The notes: generated by a model from the letters alone, not told the origin. Counted from the first letter of the stretch, positions 9,131-18,739 are shown. The stretch is 64,000 bases of DNA from an uncultured Verrucomicrobiae bacterium (GCA_963772365.1 CAVYXA010000003.1:672001-736000), one strand, 5' to 3'. Made by a program: numbers and translations.

Positions 9131-9242
9131 TGATCCCCAGAAGGCGAAAGCAGGAGTGCGAATTTCGGATACCGGACATAGCCGGTCGATCGCTTTTCGC
9201 TTGACCAGGAAAGGTCCGGTTTTGCATTGGTTGTCTGAACCT

Positions 9243-10070
9243 ATGAAAACCTGGATTGCAATCATGCCGGCTTTAACACTTCTGAGTTGTAGCGCAACGA
9301 CCGACCCGCTGACCAAGCAGCTCAAGGGCTATGGATATTACCCAGCGACGCCTCCTTCGAAAAAGCTGTCGTTAGGCGATATCTACCGGCAACCATCCAC
9401 CAAGGGGCGGCCGGTTGTATTTCTTCATCAACTAATCGGCGACGACCAGGTAAAGGAAATCTTTAAGAACCTGGCAGATCCCGTCGAATTGGGAAGCATC
9501 AGCGGCGACAGAAAGTACGACTTGTCAGTCAATGCCGACGTGATCGGCTATGTATCCGCCGCCCTGGAAGCTCATGGAGTCCGGAAGTTTTCGATCAAGT
9601 ACGGCAATGCGATTCAGTATAAGATTACGGATTACAATTGGGATCATCTTGGACCGCCGGAGCCGTTGCGAAAAAGAATTACCGATGCCTGGCCGGCTGC
9701 GCCCTTGGTTGGGAATTACGTGGTTACTGGCGTTCTCCGCGTCGATTCGCTCGAATACGAACTCGAAGATGGCCACGGCGCCAAGATCGACATCACGCCT
9801 GGAAGTGAGATCGAGAAAATTGTCAAAGCCGCGCTGAAGGGGGAGTGGAGCGCAAATCAGAACGGGAACATCTCCTTTAACGATCCGAAGCACCCAACAG
9901 TGGTCGGTGTGGAGTTTTCTCAAGTGGCTGAAGCAGGCGGCCTTTTGGCAGGAAGCTCCGCCACTTCGAGCAGCGCCACGCCAAGTGCGGTGGCGAGTGC
10001 CACGCCGGGTGCTGCGGCTCGCCCAGCGGGGCATCAGCCGACAGAGATCCACCGGCTCAAAAGAGAGTAG
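9243..10070 (+). CDS. Bacterial gasdermin-like protein with a lipoprotein-type signal peptide
   Basis: C..TDPLTKQLKGYGY...PP....GDI; ISG....LS; RKFSIKYGN; YVVTGVLR; EIEKIVKAALKGEWS...ISF....VVGVEFSQV, colinear with bGSDM motifs as recalled; N-terminus MKTWIAIMPALTLLSC (Cys16 at 9288-9290). Confidence 0.75.
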   Translation: MKTWIAIMPALTLLSCSATTDPLTKQLKGYGYYPATPPSKKLSLGDIYRQPSTKGRPVVFLHQLIGDDQVKEIFKNLADPVELGSISGDRKYDLSVNADVIGYVSAALEAHGVRKFSIKYGNAIQYKITDYNWDHLGPPEPLRKRITDAWPAAPLVGNYVVTGVLRVDSLEYELEDGHGAKIDITPGSEIEKIVKAALKGEWSANQNGNISFNDPKHPTVVGVEFSQVAEAGGLLAGSSATSSSATPSAVASATPGAAARPAGHQPTEIHRLKRE

Positions 10071-10216
10071 CCGATTGCCAAGATGTTAGAAGAATCCCAC
10101 TGCCCCGCCGCAGGCCGCGCGCTTCGCTCATTCTCCCGACTAGAGAACTCGAACCACCTCCCGGGCAGTATAATGCGTCCAAAAACGGTTCGGGATTCGA
10201 ATCTCCTTCAGCAATT

Positions 10217-10504
10217 ATGAAAAAAAATCTTGCGATATTAATGGCGGCTTTAATGACTGTGACTGCGCTGGGAACGCAAAGTGCGAAGGCTCTCGGCTTT
10301 TCGATTGAAATCGGGGATCGCCCATATTACCAGGGACCGGAATTCTGGGACTGGGGCTGGCATTATGTGTGGATTCCCGGGCACTTGCATCATCATCATT
10401 GGATCCACGGCTACTATGAGCGCAGGGGAGAATGGAATCATCGATATCTGGGTACGCATCATCACTGGGGCAACCATCATCATCATCACCACGATCATCA
10501 TTGA
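10217..10504 (+). CDS. Secreted His-rich small protein with WxxG motifs
   Basis: Signal peptide; YVWIPGH/WIHGYY; 19 His in the last 47 residues. Confidence 0.7.
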   Translation: MKKNLAILMAALMTVTALGTQSAKALGFSIEIGDRPYYQGPEFWDWGWHYVWIPGHLHHHHWIHGYYERRGEWNHRYLGTHHHWGNHHHHHHDHH

Positions 10505-10554
10505 TCGCGCCGTACAATCGAAGCTTAGGCCTCAATTTGAGAGTCAGAGTGTAG

Positions 10555-11346
10555 TTAGTCCTGCAGCGCCTCTACCGGATCGCCGCGGCGGATAAGGCCT
10601 TCCGTTACGACTACGCCGTAAACGCCGGCCATTCCTCCGTACGCTTGTGCAACCTTCTTCAGTAGCCTCGGTTCCTTCTCTGCTGTGTCGGGGTCGAGCG
10701 TGATCAACATGCAGCGCGAATCGCGATCGGTGACATGAATGACGACTTTTGATCCGATTCGCAATGAGCGGCCGACGAATGCGTCTTCCCCAGAACCGTC
10801 GGAAGATTTTAAATCCAAATAAAGGTTCGCCCGGAACCGGCGTTTATCCACGATCATCCCAGTTTCGTCGCTGAGTTTTTGAGCCGATTGCAGTGAGAAG
10901 ATCGACACCGGGCGACAATCGGTAATGGCCTTTTCCGACCGGAGCAGAGTCAGCTCGTGTTGCGCACCGATGTTTGCTCGCAGATGATCGATTAATTCTG
11001 GATCATCGATTGCGAAGGTTTGTCCGTCCGGCGTTTCGACGTCGATCATCAGCTCGGCAGCATTCGCCGAGATCGGGTTCGCTCCGCCGCATTTTTCCGC
11101 TTCGGCCACATTGATTGGTTGCGCCGCTTTTTCGGGAAACCGGTATCGCGCACGATAGCGAATCATTTGCGGTTTATCTCGTCCGGTGAAAAACGGAAAC
11201 CCTCTGCGATTTGCGGAACTCTCGAATGCAAAGAGACGGTCGCCGTAAACTCCGGCATAACTGACGAAGAGTTCATCCATTTCCTCGCCGCGCATGCTCT
11301 TCACAGGATAGCGCCACAAGCTTTCGACTGTGCCCACAATAGCCAT
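10555..11346 (-). CDS. MOSC domain protein
   Basis: LWRYPVKSMRGE, GDR.FA, RRFRANL, RC...T.DPDT. Confidence 0.9.
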   Translation of the reverse strand: MAIVGTVESLWRYPVKSMRGEEMDELFVSYAGVYGDRLFAFESSANRRGFPFFTGRDKPQMIRYRARYRFPEKAAQPINVAEAEKCGGANPISANAAELMIDVETPDGQTFAIDDPELIDHLRANIGAQHELTLLRSEKAITDCRPVSIFSLQSAQKLSDETGMIVDKRRFRANLYLDLKSSDGSGEDAFVGRSLRIGSKVVIHVTDRDSRCMLITLDPDTAEKEPRLLKKVAQAYGGMAGVYGVVVTEGLIRRGDPVEALQD

Positions 11347-11463
11347 GATCGGCCAGATTAGGGCTTCACGGGAAAACGTCCAATCCTTGTTCTAACCCCC
11401 ATGTCGAATTCAGAACAAATCGACGGAGTTGATGCGTTAATGACAAGGAAGTACGTAAACCGG

Positions 11464-12117
11464 ATGAAGCATTTGTCGTTGACAGTATGGGGAGCCGTCT
11501 TGGCTGCGATTGCAATTTGCCCAGCTGGATTTGCGGGAACGAAGAAGTATGAAATTGGCAATCCCGGGTCGTGGTTATTGGCGATTACGGGCAAGATGGG
11601 CGTGTTTAGTTTTGCGGCCCACAAACATGCAGTATTCGCAACTCGGTGGTCGGCGGAGGTGCGGGTGGATGCTGTCGATCCTCGGAAATCAACGGCGACG
11701 GTAACGATTCCGGTTTCGGCATTGATCATCGACAGCGCAGAGGCGCGTCAAAGGGCGGAATTAGGCGCGGGCCCGAGCGCAAAGGATGTTCGCGAGATTC
11801 AACTGCGCATGCTTGGCCCGGAGGTACTGGATGCAAAGCATTATCCGGAAATCCGATTGACTACGACTGCAGTGGAGAAAACTGGCTCGGGCGCGCTGCG
11901 GATTACTGGTCGATTCACAATGCACGGCCATTCGAAAATGATCAGCGTACCGGCGAATTACGAGGAGAATGGAAAAGGTGGCGGACGCGTTCACGGCCAG
12001 TTCACCATCCAGCAGACGGATTTCGGAATAAGGCCGCAGAGCGTGGCGGGCGGAACCGTAAAAGTGGCGGACGAAGTCACGATCCGCTTTCAGGTCGTTA
12101 TTACGCCGAAAGCCTGA
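11464..12117 (+). CDS. YceI family protein
   Basis: Signal peptide; LDAKHYPEI, GRFTMHG, QTDFGI; start uncertain (11401-11464). Confidence 0.8.
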   Translation: MKHLSLTVWGAVLAAIAICPAGFAGTKKYEIGNPGSWLLAITGKMGVFSFAAHKHAVFATRWSAEVRVDAVDPRKSTATVTIPVSALIIDSAEARQRAELGAGPSAKDVREIQLRMLGPEVLDAKHYPEIRLTTTAVEKTGSGALRITGRFTMHGHSKMISVPANYEENGKGGGRVHGQFTIQQTDFGIRPQSVAGGTVKVADEVTIRFQVVITPKA

Positions 12118-12190
12118 CATTCGGGCGCTGGCAGATTTTTGTGTGCTGCTTCGACTTGATGCGAACACTGGCGAGGCGAGGTTAAGTCCA

Positions 12191-12853
12191 ATGCAAGCGA
12201 TTCAGAATATTCGGAGTCGGCCTGCATTGACAGTAACGCCGCAGGCACTGGCGTGGGATGGAGAATCGCTTTGGCTGAGCTCACGCGATCTTGGGACCCT
12301 TTACAAAATCGATCGCAAGAGTTGGAAGATTCTTGAGGAAGTCGATCCGCCGGGAGTTGTCTGGGCCGGCGTATTCACTAATGATGGATGGCGTTTCACG
12401 ATCGGAAAGGGATTGAACGACGATCGTTACGTGTATCGCTACACTCCCGGGGAAGGCTTCACGAAGCTGTTCGCCTGTTCGGATTTCACCGGTTCCTATC
12501 TCAGCTTTGACGGCGAGAATTGTTACCTGAGCCAATGGTATAAAGGGGAGATTCACCAATTCGCCGATTCCGGCAAGATCATGCGAACGCTGGATGTGGG
12601 CGAAGAGATCTGCGGCCACACATTTGCCGACGGACTGCTCTACGTGCTTCGTGGCCGGGAATACAAAGATGTTCCAAATAAAGCAGAAGAGTGGCGCATC
12701 GTTCGGCTCGACCCGCGTGAGAAAAACCCGCGCGTGGAGGAGCTCGCGACGATTCCATTTGCATCGCGCTCCCTCACGTTTGACGGCGAGAAATTTTGGT
12801 CGAATCATCGCGCCGCGAATGAAACGATCTCGTTCAGACTGCCTTCGTCATAA
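12191..12853 (+). CDS. Hypothetical beta-propeller-like protein
   Basis: Repeated L(A/S/T)(W/F)DGE..W motifs (LAWDGESLW, LSFDGEN, LTFDGEKFW). Confidence 0.6.
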   Translation: MQAIQNIRSRPALTVTPQALAWDGESLWLSSRDLGTLYKIDRKSWKILEEVDPPGVVWAGVFTNDGWRFTIGKGLNDDRYVYRYTPGEGFTKLFACSDFTGSYLSFDGENCYLSQWYKGEIHQFADSGKIMRTLDVGEEICGHTFADGLLYVLRGREYKDVPNKAEEWRIVRLDPREKNPRVEELATIPFASRSLTFDGEKFWSNHRAANETISFRLPSS

Positions 12854-13442
12854 GTGCACGAGTACGGCGGCGTGTCAGCGATTTGGCGCCAAGCTTTGCA
12901 TGTCGCGGACAGCTGACAAGATGATCATTGACCATTCCCACCGCCTGCATGAAGGCGTAACAAATTGTCGATCCTATGAATTTAAATCCGCGTAGCGCCA
13001 GATCTCGACTCATCGCGTCTGAACCAGCTGTGCGTGCAGGCACTTGAGACATCGTCCGCCACTGATTCTGTTTCGGTTTTCCATCGACAAACCTCCAAAG
13101 ATAATTGTCGAAGCTGCCGAATTCTTTTCGAACCACGAGAAACGCTTTCGCATTTTGGATTGTTGCCGCGATTTTTAACCGGTTGCGCACGATCCCGGAA
13201 TCGCCCAACAATCGTTTCACATCACGCGCGCCGTAGCGCGCAATCTTTTCCGGGCGAAATCCATCAAATGCTTTTCGATAGTTCTCTCGCTTTTTCAGAA
13301 TCGTGGTCCAGCTCAGGCCGGCTTGCGCGCCTTCGAGAATGAGAAACTCGAAGAGCTTGCGATCATTGTGAACCGGCACACCCCATTCCTCATCGTGATA
13401 GGTGATATTCGGCTCGCTGCTGGCCCAGGGACAACGCGGCAT
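12834..13442 (-). CDS. tag: DNA-3-methyladenine glycosylase I
   Basis: RCPW, YHDEEWG, LEGAQAGLSW, GMVNDH...C. Confidence 0.95.
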   Translation of the reverse strand: MPRCPWASSEPNITYHDEEWGVPVHNDRKLFEFLILEGAQAGLSWTTILKKRENYRKAFDGFRPEKIARYGARDVKRLLGDSGIVRNRLKIAATIQNAKAFLVVRKEFGSFDNYLWRFVDGKPKQNQWRTMSQVPARTAGSDAMSRDLALRGFKFIGSTICYAFMQAVGMVNDHLVSCPRHAKLGAKSLTRRRTRALMTKAV

Positions 13443-13451
13443 GCGGTTCAG

Positions 13452-14783
13452 CTACTTAACCCGTTTACCATGCTTGATGATAAGATCGACATGATGCAAT
13501 AAGTCGATGTATCGCAGCACGTCGCCTTTCACTGCAATGATGTCCGCGAACTTCCCCTCGCTGATTGAACCATAGTCCTTGTCCGCCTTCATCATGACCG
13601 CAGGCCAGTAAGTCGCGGCCCGGATCGCCGTCATGGCATCGACGCCGAGATGATTCACCCACGCATCCAGCTCATGCCAGGTGGATTGATTATGAAATTT
13701 CATCGGAATCCCGCTGTCCGTGCCGATCAACAGGACGACCCCGGACTGCTGAAGTTGTTGAAATTTGTGTGCCACGGTTTTGGCGCGAAGCGGTGTGATC
13801 TGGTAATAGGAAAGCTGATTTGGATGGGCGATCGACTGCTTGATATCGGCCGCGATATCGGGCGGAATAAACTCATAGTTCGCCGGATCATCGAGCGGCT
13901 CCGGATTTTCCACTAACGATTCGTAATTGATGAAACCTTCAATGGTTGGGCACCAGAAGAGCGGACCTAAATTCATTTTCGCCGTTCGTTCGTGCAGCGC
14001 CTTGAGGACATCGTCAGGATAACCGGGCGCCGCAGAGAGACCGGTGTGTTCGAAGCAATCCACACCTGCGGCAAGCCCGCGCCGGATTTCTTCCGGGCGA
14101 TGTGCGTGGGCGACCACAGGCAATTTGTGGGCGTGTGCTTCATCGACAACAGCCTTCACTTCTTCCATGGTCATCTGGTCCTGATCGATCAACTTGATGA
14201 TGTTGACGCCGGCATCGGCGAGTTTTTTCACTTTAGCTTTCCCATCGGCGGCGCCCTTGACTCCCCAGCGAAAATTTTCGGTGCCGGGATAAGGCTCGTG
14301 TTGGATAAACGGGCCCGCGACGTAAAGAGTCGGGCCTGGAATCTCTCCACGAGTGATCCGGTCGCGGAGACTGATGCTCTCCTTGAGCGGCCCGCCAAGA
14401 TCGCGCGCGCTAGTAATGCCTGCCATGAGAAGCTGGTGCGCGGCTGCTGGCATAATCTCGTTTCCCAAACGCGCCGGATATGTTTTGTCCCAATGCGGAT
14501 AATCACTGTGGCCAAGCAACATGGTGTGGACGTGGCAATCCCAAAGCCCGGGCAGCACATCCATGCCTTCAGTGGAAATGATTTCGGCATCCGTCGGGAC
14601 TTTCAGTGCACCGACTGTTCCGACCGCGGTGATGCGTTCGTTGTCGATGATGATTACGCTATTCGCGAGCGGATGCCCGCCGAAACCATCAATCAGACGG
14701 CCTCCGACCAGCGCAAGCGGGCGGGCTTGTGCCGATGCAACCAGAATTACAAAAAGGAATGTTCGAGTAAGGCAACGCTTCAT
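13452..14783 (-). CDS. Secreted amidohydrolase family protein
   Basis: PGLWDCHVH, AHAH, EH, GTDSG, GKFADII; signal peptide from ATG 14783. Confidence 0.88.
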   Translation of the reverse strand: MKRCLTRTFLFVILVASAQARPLALVGGRLIDGFGGHPLANSVIIIDNERITAVGTVGALKVPTDAEIISTEGMDVLPGLWDCHVHTMLLGHSDYPHWDKTYPARLGNEIMPAAAHQLLMAGITSARDLGGPLKESISLRDRITRGEIPGPTLYVAGPFIQHEPYPGTENFRWGVKGAADGKAKVKKLADAGVNIIKLIDQDQMTMEEVKAVVDEAHAHKLPVVAHAHRPEEIRRGLAAGVDCFEHTGLSAAPGYPDDVLKALHERTAKMNLGPLFWCPTIEGFINYESLVENPEPLDDPANYEFIPPDIAADIKQSIAHPNQLSYYQITPLRAKTVAHKFQQLQQSGVVLLIGTDSGIPMKFHNQSTWHELDAWVNHLGVDAMTAIRAATYWPAVMMKADKDYGSISEGKFADIIAVKGDVLRYIDLLHHVDLIIKHGKRVK

Positions 14784-14894
14784 GGTGGCACGGATGGTAC
14801 ATTGCCGATTGCTCGGAGGCGAGCCTGTTAAATTTCGAGAAAGCGGACTATCGATAGTGTTGTTTCGAGAACTGCGGATGATTAGCTTGCCGGC

Positions 14895-15242
14895 GTGACG
14901 ACAAATGACTTTCGCAAGATGGCACTGGGTCTTCCAGACACGTTCGAAGCTTCGCACCTTGGTCATCCAGATTTTCGAGTGAAAGGAGGCAAGATTTTTG
15001 CGACGCTCGGGTATCCGGATGTTCAGTTTGGTGTACTGATACTCACACCAGATCAGCAGCAAGAGTTGATCGGTCGCTATCCAGAAATGTTTTTCCCGGT
15101 CGGAGGCGGCTGGGGGAAGCGAGGAAGCACGCAGGTGCTCTTGCAATCAGCTACGCGGCATGTCGTTGAATCGGCAATGAAGATTGCCTGGTGGAAAGCA
15201 GCGCCGAAGAAACTCGTGGATCGAGTCACGAAGCCAAACTGA
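14895..15242 (+). CDS. MmcQ/YjbR family protein
   Basis: HPDFRVKGGKIFATL...GGWGKRGST. Confidence 0.85.
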   Translation: MTTNDFRKMALGLPDTFEASHLGHPDFRVKGGKIFATLGYPDVQFGVLILTPDQQQELIGRYPEMFFPVGGGWGKRGSTQVLLQSATRHVVESAMKIAWWKAAPKKLVDRVTKPN

Positions 15243-16920
15243 TTTGCACACCGGCCACGGCCATACCGCCTTCGCCGACTGCAGCAGCGCAGCGTTTCAC
15301 CGAACCGGAGCGGACGTCGCCTGCAGCGAAAATTCCGGGCAAGCTCGTTTCGAGCGGACTCGGCTGGCGATTGCTGGTTTTCCATGCTGCTGCGTTTGCC
15401 ACAGTCGCTCCTGTTTTGATGAATCCCTTCTCATCGCGCTCGATTTCCTCCGGTAACCAGTCGGTGCAGGGTCGAGCGCCAATCATCGAAAAGACAGCCG
15501 GTGTTTGAACGACACGACGTTCGCCGGTCTGTGTATTTTCCAGTTCGACCAGTTCGAGCTTTTTGTCGCCCGACATTTTGCGGATCTCTGTCCGGTAAAG
15601 AATCTCGATGTTCTTTTGAGATTGCACCCGACGAGAAAGGTAGTCCGACATATTTTTCGCGAGGTTTTCGCCGCGAATAACCAGCATGACTTTTGAGGCT
15701 CCTTCGCACAGAAACATCGCGGCCTGTCCAGCTGAGTTCCCGCTTCCGGCGACAATCACGGTTTCGCCGCGGCAAATCTGACTCTCCAAGGATGTGGCGG
15801 CGTAGTAAACGCCGACGCCTTCAAATCCTTCGCGACCTTCCGCGTCGAGCCGGCGATAATCCGCGCCCGTTGCAATCAGAACGGTTTTCGCGCGCAGCAT
15901 TGCCGGGCAACCTTCGACCTCGAGACAGGCGCGATAACCATCGCTACCGTTGTAGCGAAGCGACCGAGCCTGCGCCGGAGTGGAAAATTTCGCGCCGAAT
16001 CGATAGGCCTGAAGTTGGGCGAGCCAGGTCAAATCGCCGCCGCTGATTCCGGTCGGAAATCCAAAGAAGTTTTCAATCAGGGAAGAGGAACCGGCTTGAC
16101 CACCCGGCGCATAGCTTTCCAACACGACTGTCTTCAACCCTTCGGACGACGCGTATACCGCCGCGGCCAGCCCGGCCGGGCCAGCGCCTACAATCGTCAG
16201 GTCGGACAAAATCTCGGTCTCATTCTCGAATGCAAGCGGGCGAAGCAAACCGGCAACTTGCGCGACTTCGCGCAGCGAAGGCCGGCGTAGAGGAGTGCCA
16301 GCCGGCGTGATGAGCGCGGGCAGGTCGCGAGTTGTCAGATGAAGACGCTTGCTCACCGCCTGTCCCTGTTCGCTTTCAAACTCGATTAATCGATGCGGGA
16401 TTCGGTTTTTATCGAGGAAATCGTCAAGCTGATGTCCATCGCGCGCGTCGCGGGCAGCCAGAACGCGCAGCCCGGCAAATTCGCGATCCCGCCGAAGACG
16501 GCGACGGCGCATGATCAATGCATCGACGATCGCGGTGCTGACACTAGGCAGCTCAGCTAACGCGCGGCGAAGCTTTTCTGCTGGAACATGAAGCACCTCT
16601 GCTTCTGTCGATTTCACCCTTGCCGTGGCCAGGGCCGAAGTACCCTGCAACATCGAGACGTCGCCGATGAAATCGCGCTCCTGTCCGGTAGCCAGAATCT
16701 GTTCTGTGCCATCGCGCTGTTCAAAGACTTCGATCTCGCCGCGGAGAACGATAGTCAGCCCGAGATCGCGTTGTCCGGCTTTGAAAACCAGGTCGTCGCG
16801 ATTCATCGTTCGCCGTTGCCCTAACGGCTCGAGCAACGAAAGTTGGTAATCGTTGAGCTTCGGGAAAGCGGCACTTTCCGTATCGCGATAGAATCGCTCG
16901 TCCTCTTGCTCGTCAGCCAT
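15226..16920 (-). CDS. cNMP-binding domain plus thioredoxin-reductase-like FAD oxidoreductase
   Basis: N-terminal cNMP fold; VGAGPAGLAAAVY, SSLIENFFGFPTG, GSGNSAGQ, AAGDVRSGSVKR. Confidence 0.88.
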   Translation of the reverse strand: MADEQEDERFYRDTESAAFPKLNDYQLSLLEPLGQRRTMNRDDLVFKAGQRDLGLTIVLRGEIEVFEQRDGTEQILATGQERDFIGDVSMLQGTSALATARVKSTEAEVLHVPAEKLRRALAELPSVSTAIVDALIMRRRRLRRDREFAGLRVLAARDARDGHQLDDFLDKNRIPHRLIEFESEQGQAVSKRLHLTTRDLPALITPAGTPLRRPSLREVAQVAGLLRPLAFENETEILSDLTIVGAGPAGLAAAVYASSEGLKTVVLESYAPGGQAGSSSLIENFFGFPTGISGGDLTWLAQLQAYRFGAKFSTPAQARSLRYNGSDGYRACLEVEGCPAMLRAKTVLIATGADYRRLDAEGREGFEGVGVYYAATSLESQICRGETVIVAGSGNSAGQAAMFLCEGASKVMLVIRGENLAKNMSDYLSRRVQSQKNIEILYRTEIRKMSGDKKLELVELENTQTGERRVVQTPAVFSMIGARPCTDWLPEEIERDEKGFIKTGATVANAAAWKTSNRQPSPLETSLPGIFAAGDVRSGSVKRCAAAVGEGGMAVAGVQISLAS

Positions 16921-16995
16921 AAGCCAAATCTACTCCCGGCTCGCGACAATTAAACCGGCCATGCTCTCATTCGGAATCTCCCGGAGACCCTGCCA

Positions 16996-17640
16996 CTATC
17001 GACCGACGACTTGGATCGACCGCACGATCGGTTGATAGAATCGCAGTGCTTCGATGTTACTTCGGAACGCGCGCAGAGGATAGAGCCCTTTGGCCGCGCC
17101 CGCGGCTGGATCACGTACGAGGTAGTCGAAACCGTCCTTGCCCGCGATCACGACAAAATGCGTGACGCCGTTGCGAAAACGCACTCGCACAATCACTGGA
17201 TTACCGCGCGCGAGATTCGAATCGATCAAATGATACGACGGCAAGTCTTCATAGACGTGGCGAACGCGATCAGGTGCGAACCAGGCGGCGCGGTCCCAAT
17301 AAAGCCAGCCGCGATTGGTGTATCCGCCATTCGCGCTCAAGAACCAATTCAGGAGCCGGGGATCGACATCGATCCCATAATATTTGAAAACCATCGCTGC
17401 CGCCACGACCGCACAGCCTTCGCCGCCAAGCGTTCCGTTGTCGGGAACTCCACCCAGCGGATCATCGCCCCATTTCTCATCGTTCTGTCGAAACGAGGGA
17501 ACCGCCAACGCAACTCGATGAAAAAAATAACGTCCGCCTCGCGGCGAAAGCTGGCGTTTCCAATTCCAATCGATCTCGACCCAAGCCAAACCGATCAGGA
17601 AAACAATTAACGGAATGATGAACAGCAACCAGCGCTTCAC
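16996..17640 (-). CDS. C39-like cysteine peptidase, membrane-anchored or exported
   Basis: RQND..W, GCAVVAAAM, HFVVI.G...DP. Confidence 0.75.
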   Translation of the reverse strand: MKRWLLFIIPLIVFLIGLAWVEIDWNWKRQLSPRGGRYFFHRVALAVPSFRQNDEKWGDDPLGGVPDNGTLGGEGCAVVAAAMVFKYYGIDVDPRLLNWFLSANGGYTNRGWLYWDRAAWFAPDRVRHVYEDLPSYHLIDSNLARGNPVIVRVRFRNGVTHFVVIAGKDGFDYLVRDPAAGAAKGLYPLRAFRSNIEALRFYQPIVRSIQVVGR

Positions 17641-17688
17641 AGGATCGAACTGTAAAATTAATTGTCCAAATCGGCAAAACGAGAATGT

Positions 17689-18672
17689 CTAGCCCCACAG
17701 TTCCTGCGTGGGCAGGTCGATTCTTCCCTCTTGATAACAAATGGCATCAGCGCGGTCGCGGGCAAGGAGAAGCGGCCCATCGAGATCGACGTAATCGGTC
17801 CTCCTCGCAAGGATTCGAGCAGGAGCGACTCCTAATGAGGTGCACACCATGCAGCCAAAAAGCAATTTGAATCCCTCGTTCCGGGCACGGTCGCACAGTC
17901 GCAATGCTTCAGTGAATCCACCAGTCTTGTCGAGTTTCACGTTGATTGTGTCGTAGCGAGTTTTAAGCGGGGAAAGATCGACAGTTGTATGACAGCTCTC
18001 ATCCGCGCATACCGGAATCGGACGATCCAGCGTTTCTAAAATCTGATCAGCGCCGGCGGGGAACGGCTGCTCGATCAGTTCGATTTTCCACTGTTTCAAT
18101 TTCAAAACCATTTTTCTGTAATGTTCCGGCGACCACGATTCGTTGGCGTCCACGATCAGTCGCGCATCGGGTGCCGCTTTGCGTACCGCTCGGACTCGCT
18201 CAAGATCGAAATCATCGCCGCCGAGTTTCAATTTTAGGATCGGCAGATTGGCGACGGCTTGCGCCGCTTTCTCCATCTTTTCCGGCGTATCGAGGCTGAT
18301 GGTGAATGAACTTTCGACTTCGGCAGCGATCGAGATATTGGCCAATTCCCAGACGCGTTTGCGGGCGCGTTTCGCTTCCAAATCCCACAACGCGCAATCG
18401 AGAGCGTTCCGGGCAGCGCCAGCAGGCAGTAGTTGTTGAAGCCGTTGTCGATCCAAATTGTTCTCGCGCTTGATGGATTCAATCTGGGCCAAAGCGGAAT
18501 CGATGCTCTGATTGTAACGGGCAATCGGGACGCCTTCGCCGCGGCCAATGTAGTGTCCATCGGTTACCGTCGTGACGACCACGCGCGCTTCCGTGCGGCT
18601 GCCGCGTGAAGTCCGAAACATTCTCTTCAATGGCCAGACCTCTTCGCAGGCGGTAATCCTGAAGTGTGACAT
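17689..18672 (-). CDS. Dipeptide epimerase / N-acetyl-D-Glu racemase (enolase superfamily)
   Basis: KLKLG, VDANESW, EQP, ADES, KLDKTGG, DLDGP. Confidence 0.88.
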   Translation of the reverse strand: MSHFRITACEEVWPLKRMFRTSRGSRTEARVVVTTVTDGHYIGRGEGVPIARYNQSIDSALAQIESIKRENNLDRQRLQQLLPAGAARNALDCALWDLEAKRARKRVWELANISIAAEVESSFTISLDTPEKMEKAAQAVANLPILKLKLGGDDFDLERVRAVRKAAPDARLIVDANESWSPEHYRKMVLKLKQWKIELIEQPFPAGADQILETLDRPIPVCADESCHTTVDLSPLKTRYDTINVKLDKTGGFTEALRLCDRARNEGFKLLFGCMVCTSLGVAPARILARRTDYVDLDGPLLLARDRADAICYQEGRIDLPTQELWG

Positions 18673-18739
18673 TTGACGGACGAGAACAAAAACGTTGAAC
18701 GCTCAACGCTATCTCGCAAACTGTCCGAGCTCCGATCCT

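Noticed and set aside
9069..9242. In-frame upstream extension of the gasdermin-like ORF containing SCNDP, which resembles a bGSDM N-terminus
   Set aside because: The residues that follow do not continue the motif and the segment overlaps the divergent control region; the real match starts at Cys 9288. Probably coincidence.
16996..17640. C39-like peptidase as the activator of the gasdermin-like protein
   Set aside because: About 7 kb away on the opposite strand and separated by unrelated genes; no evidence of linkage.
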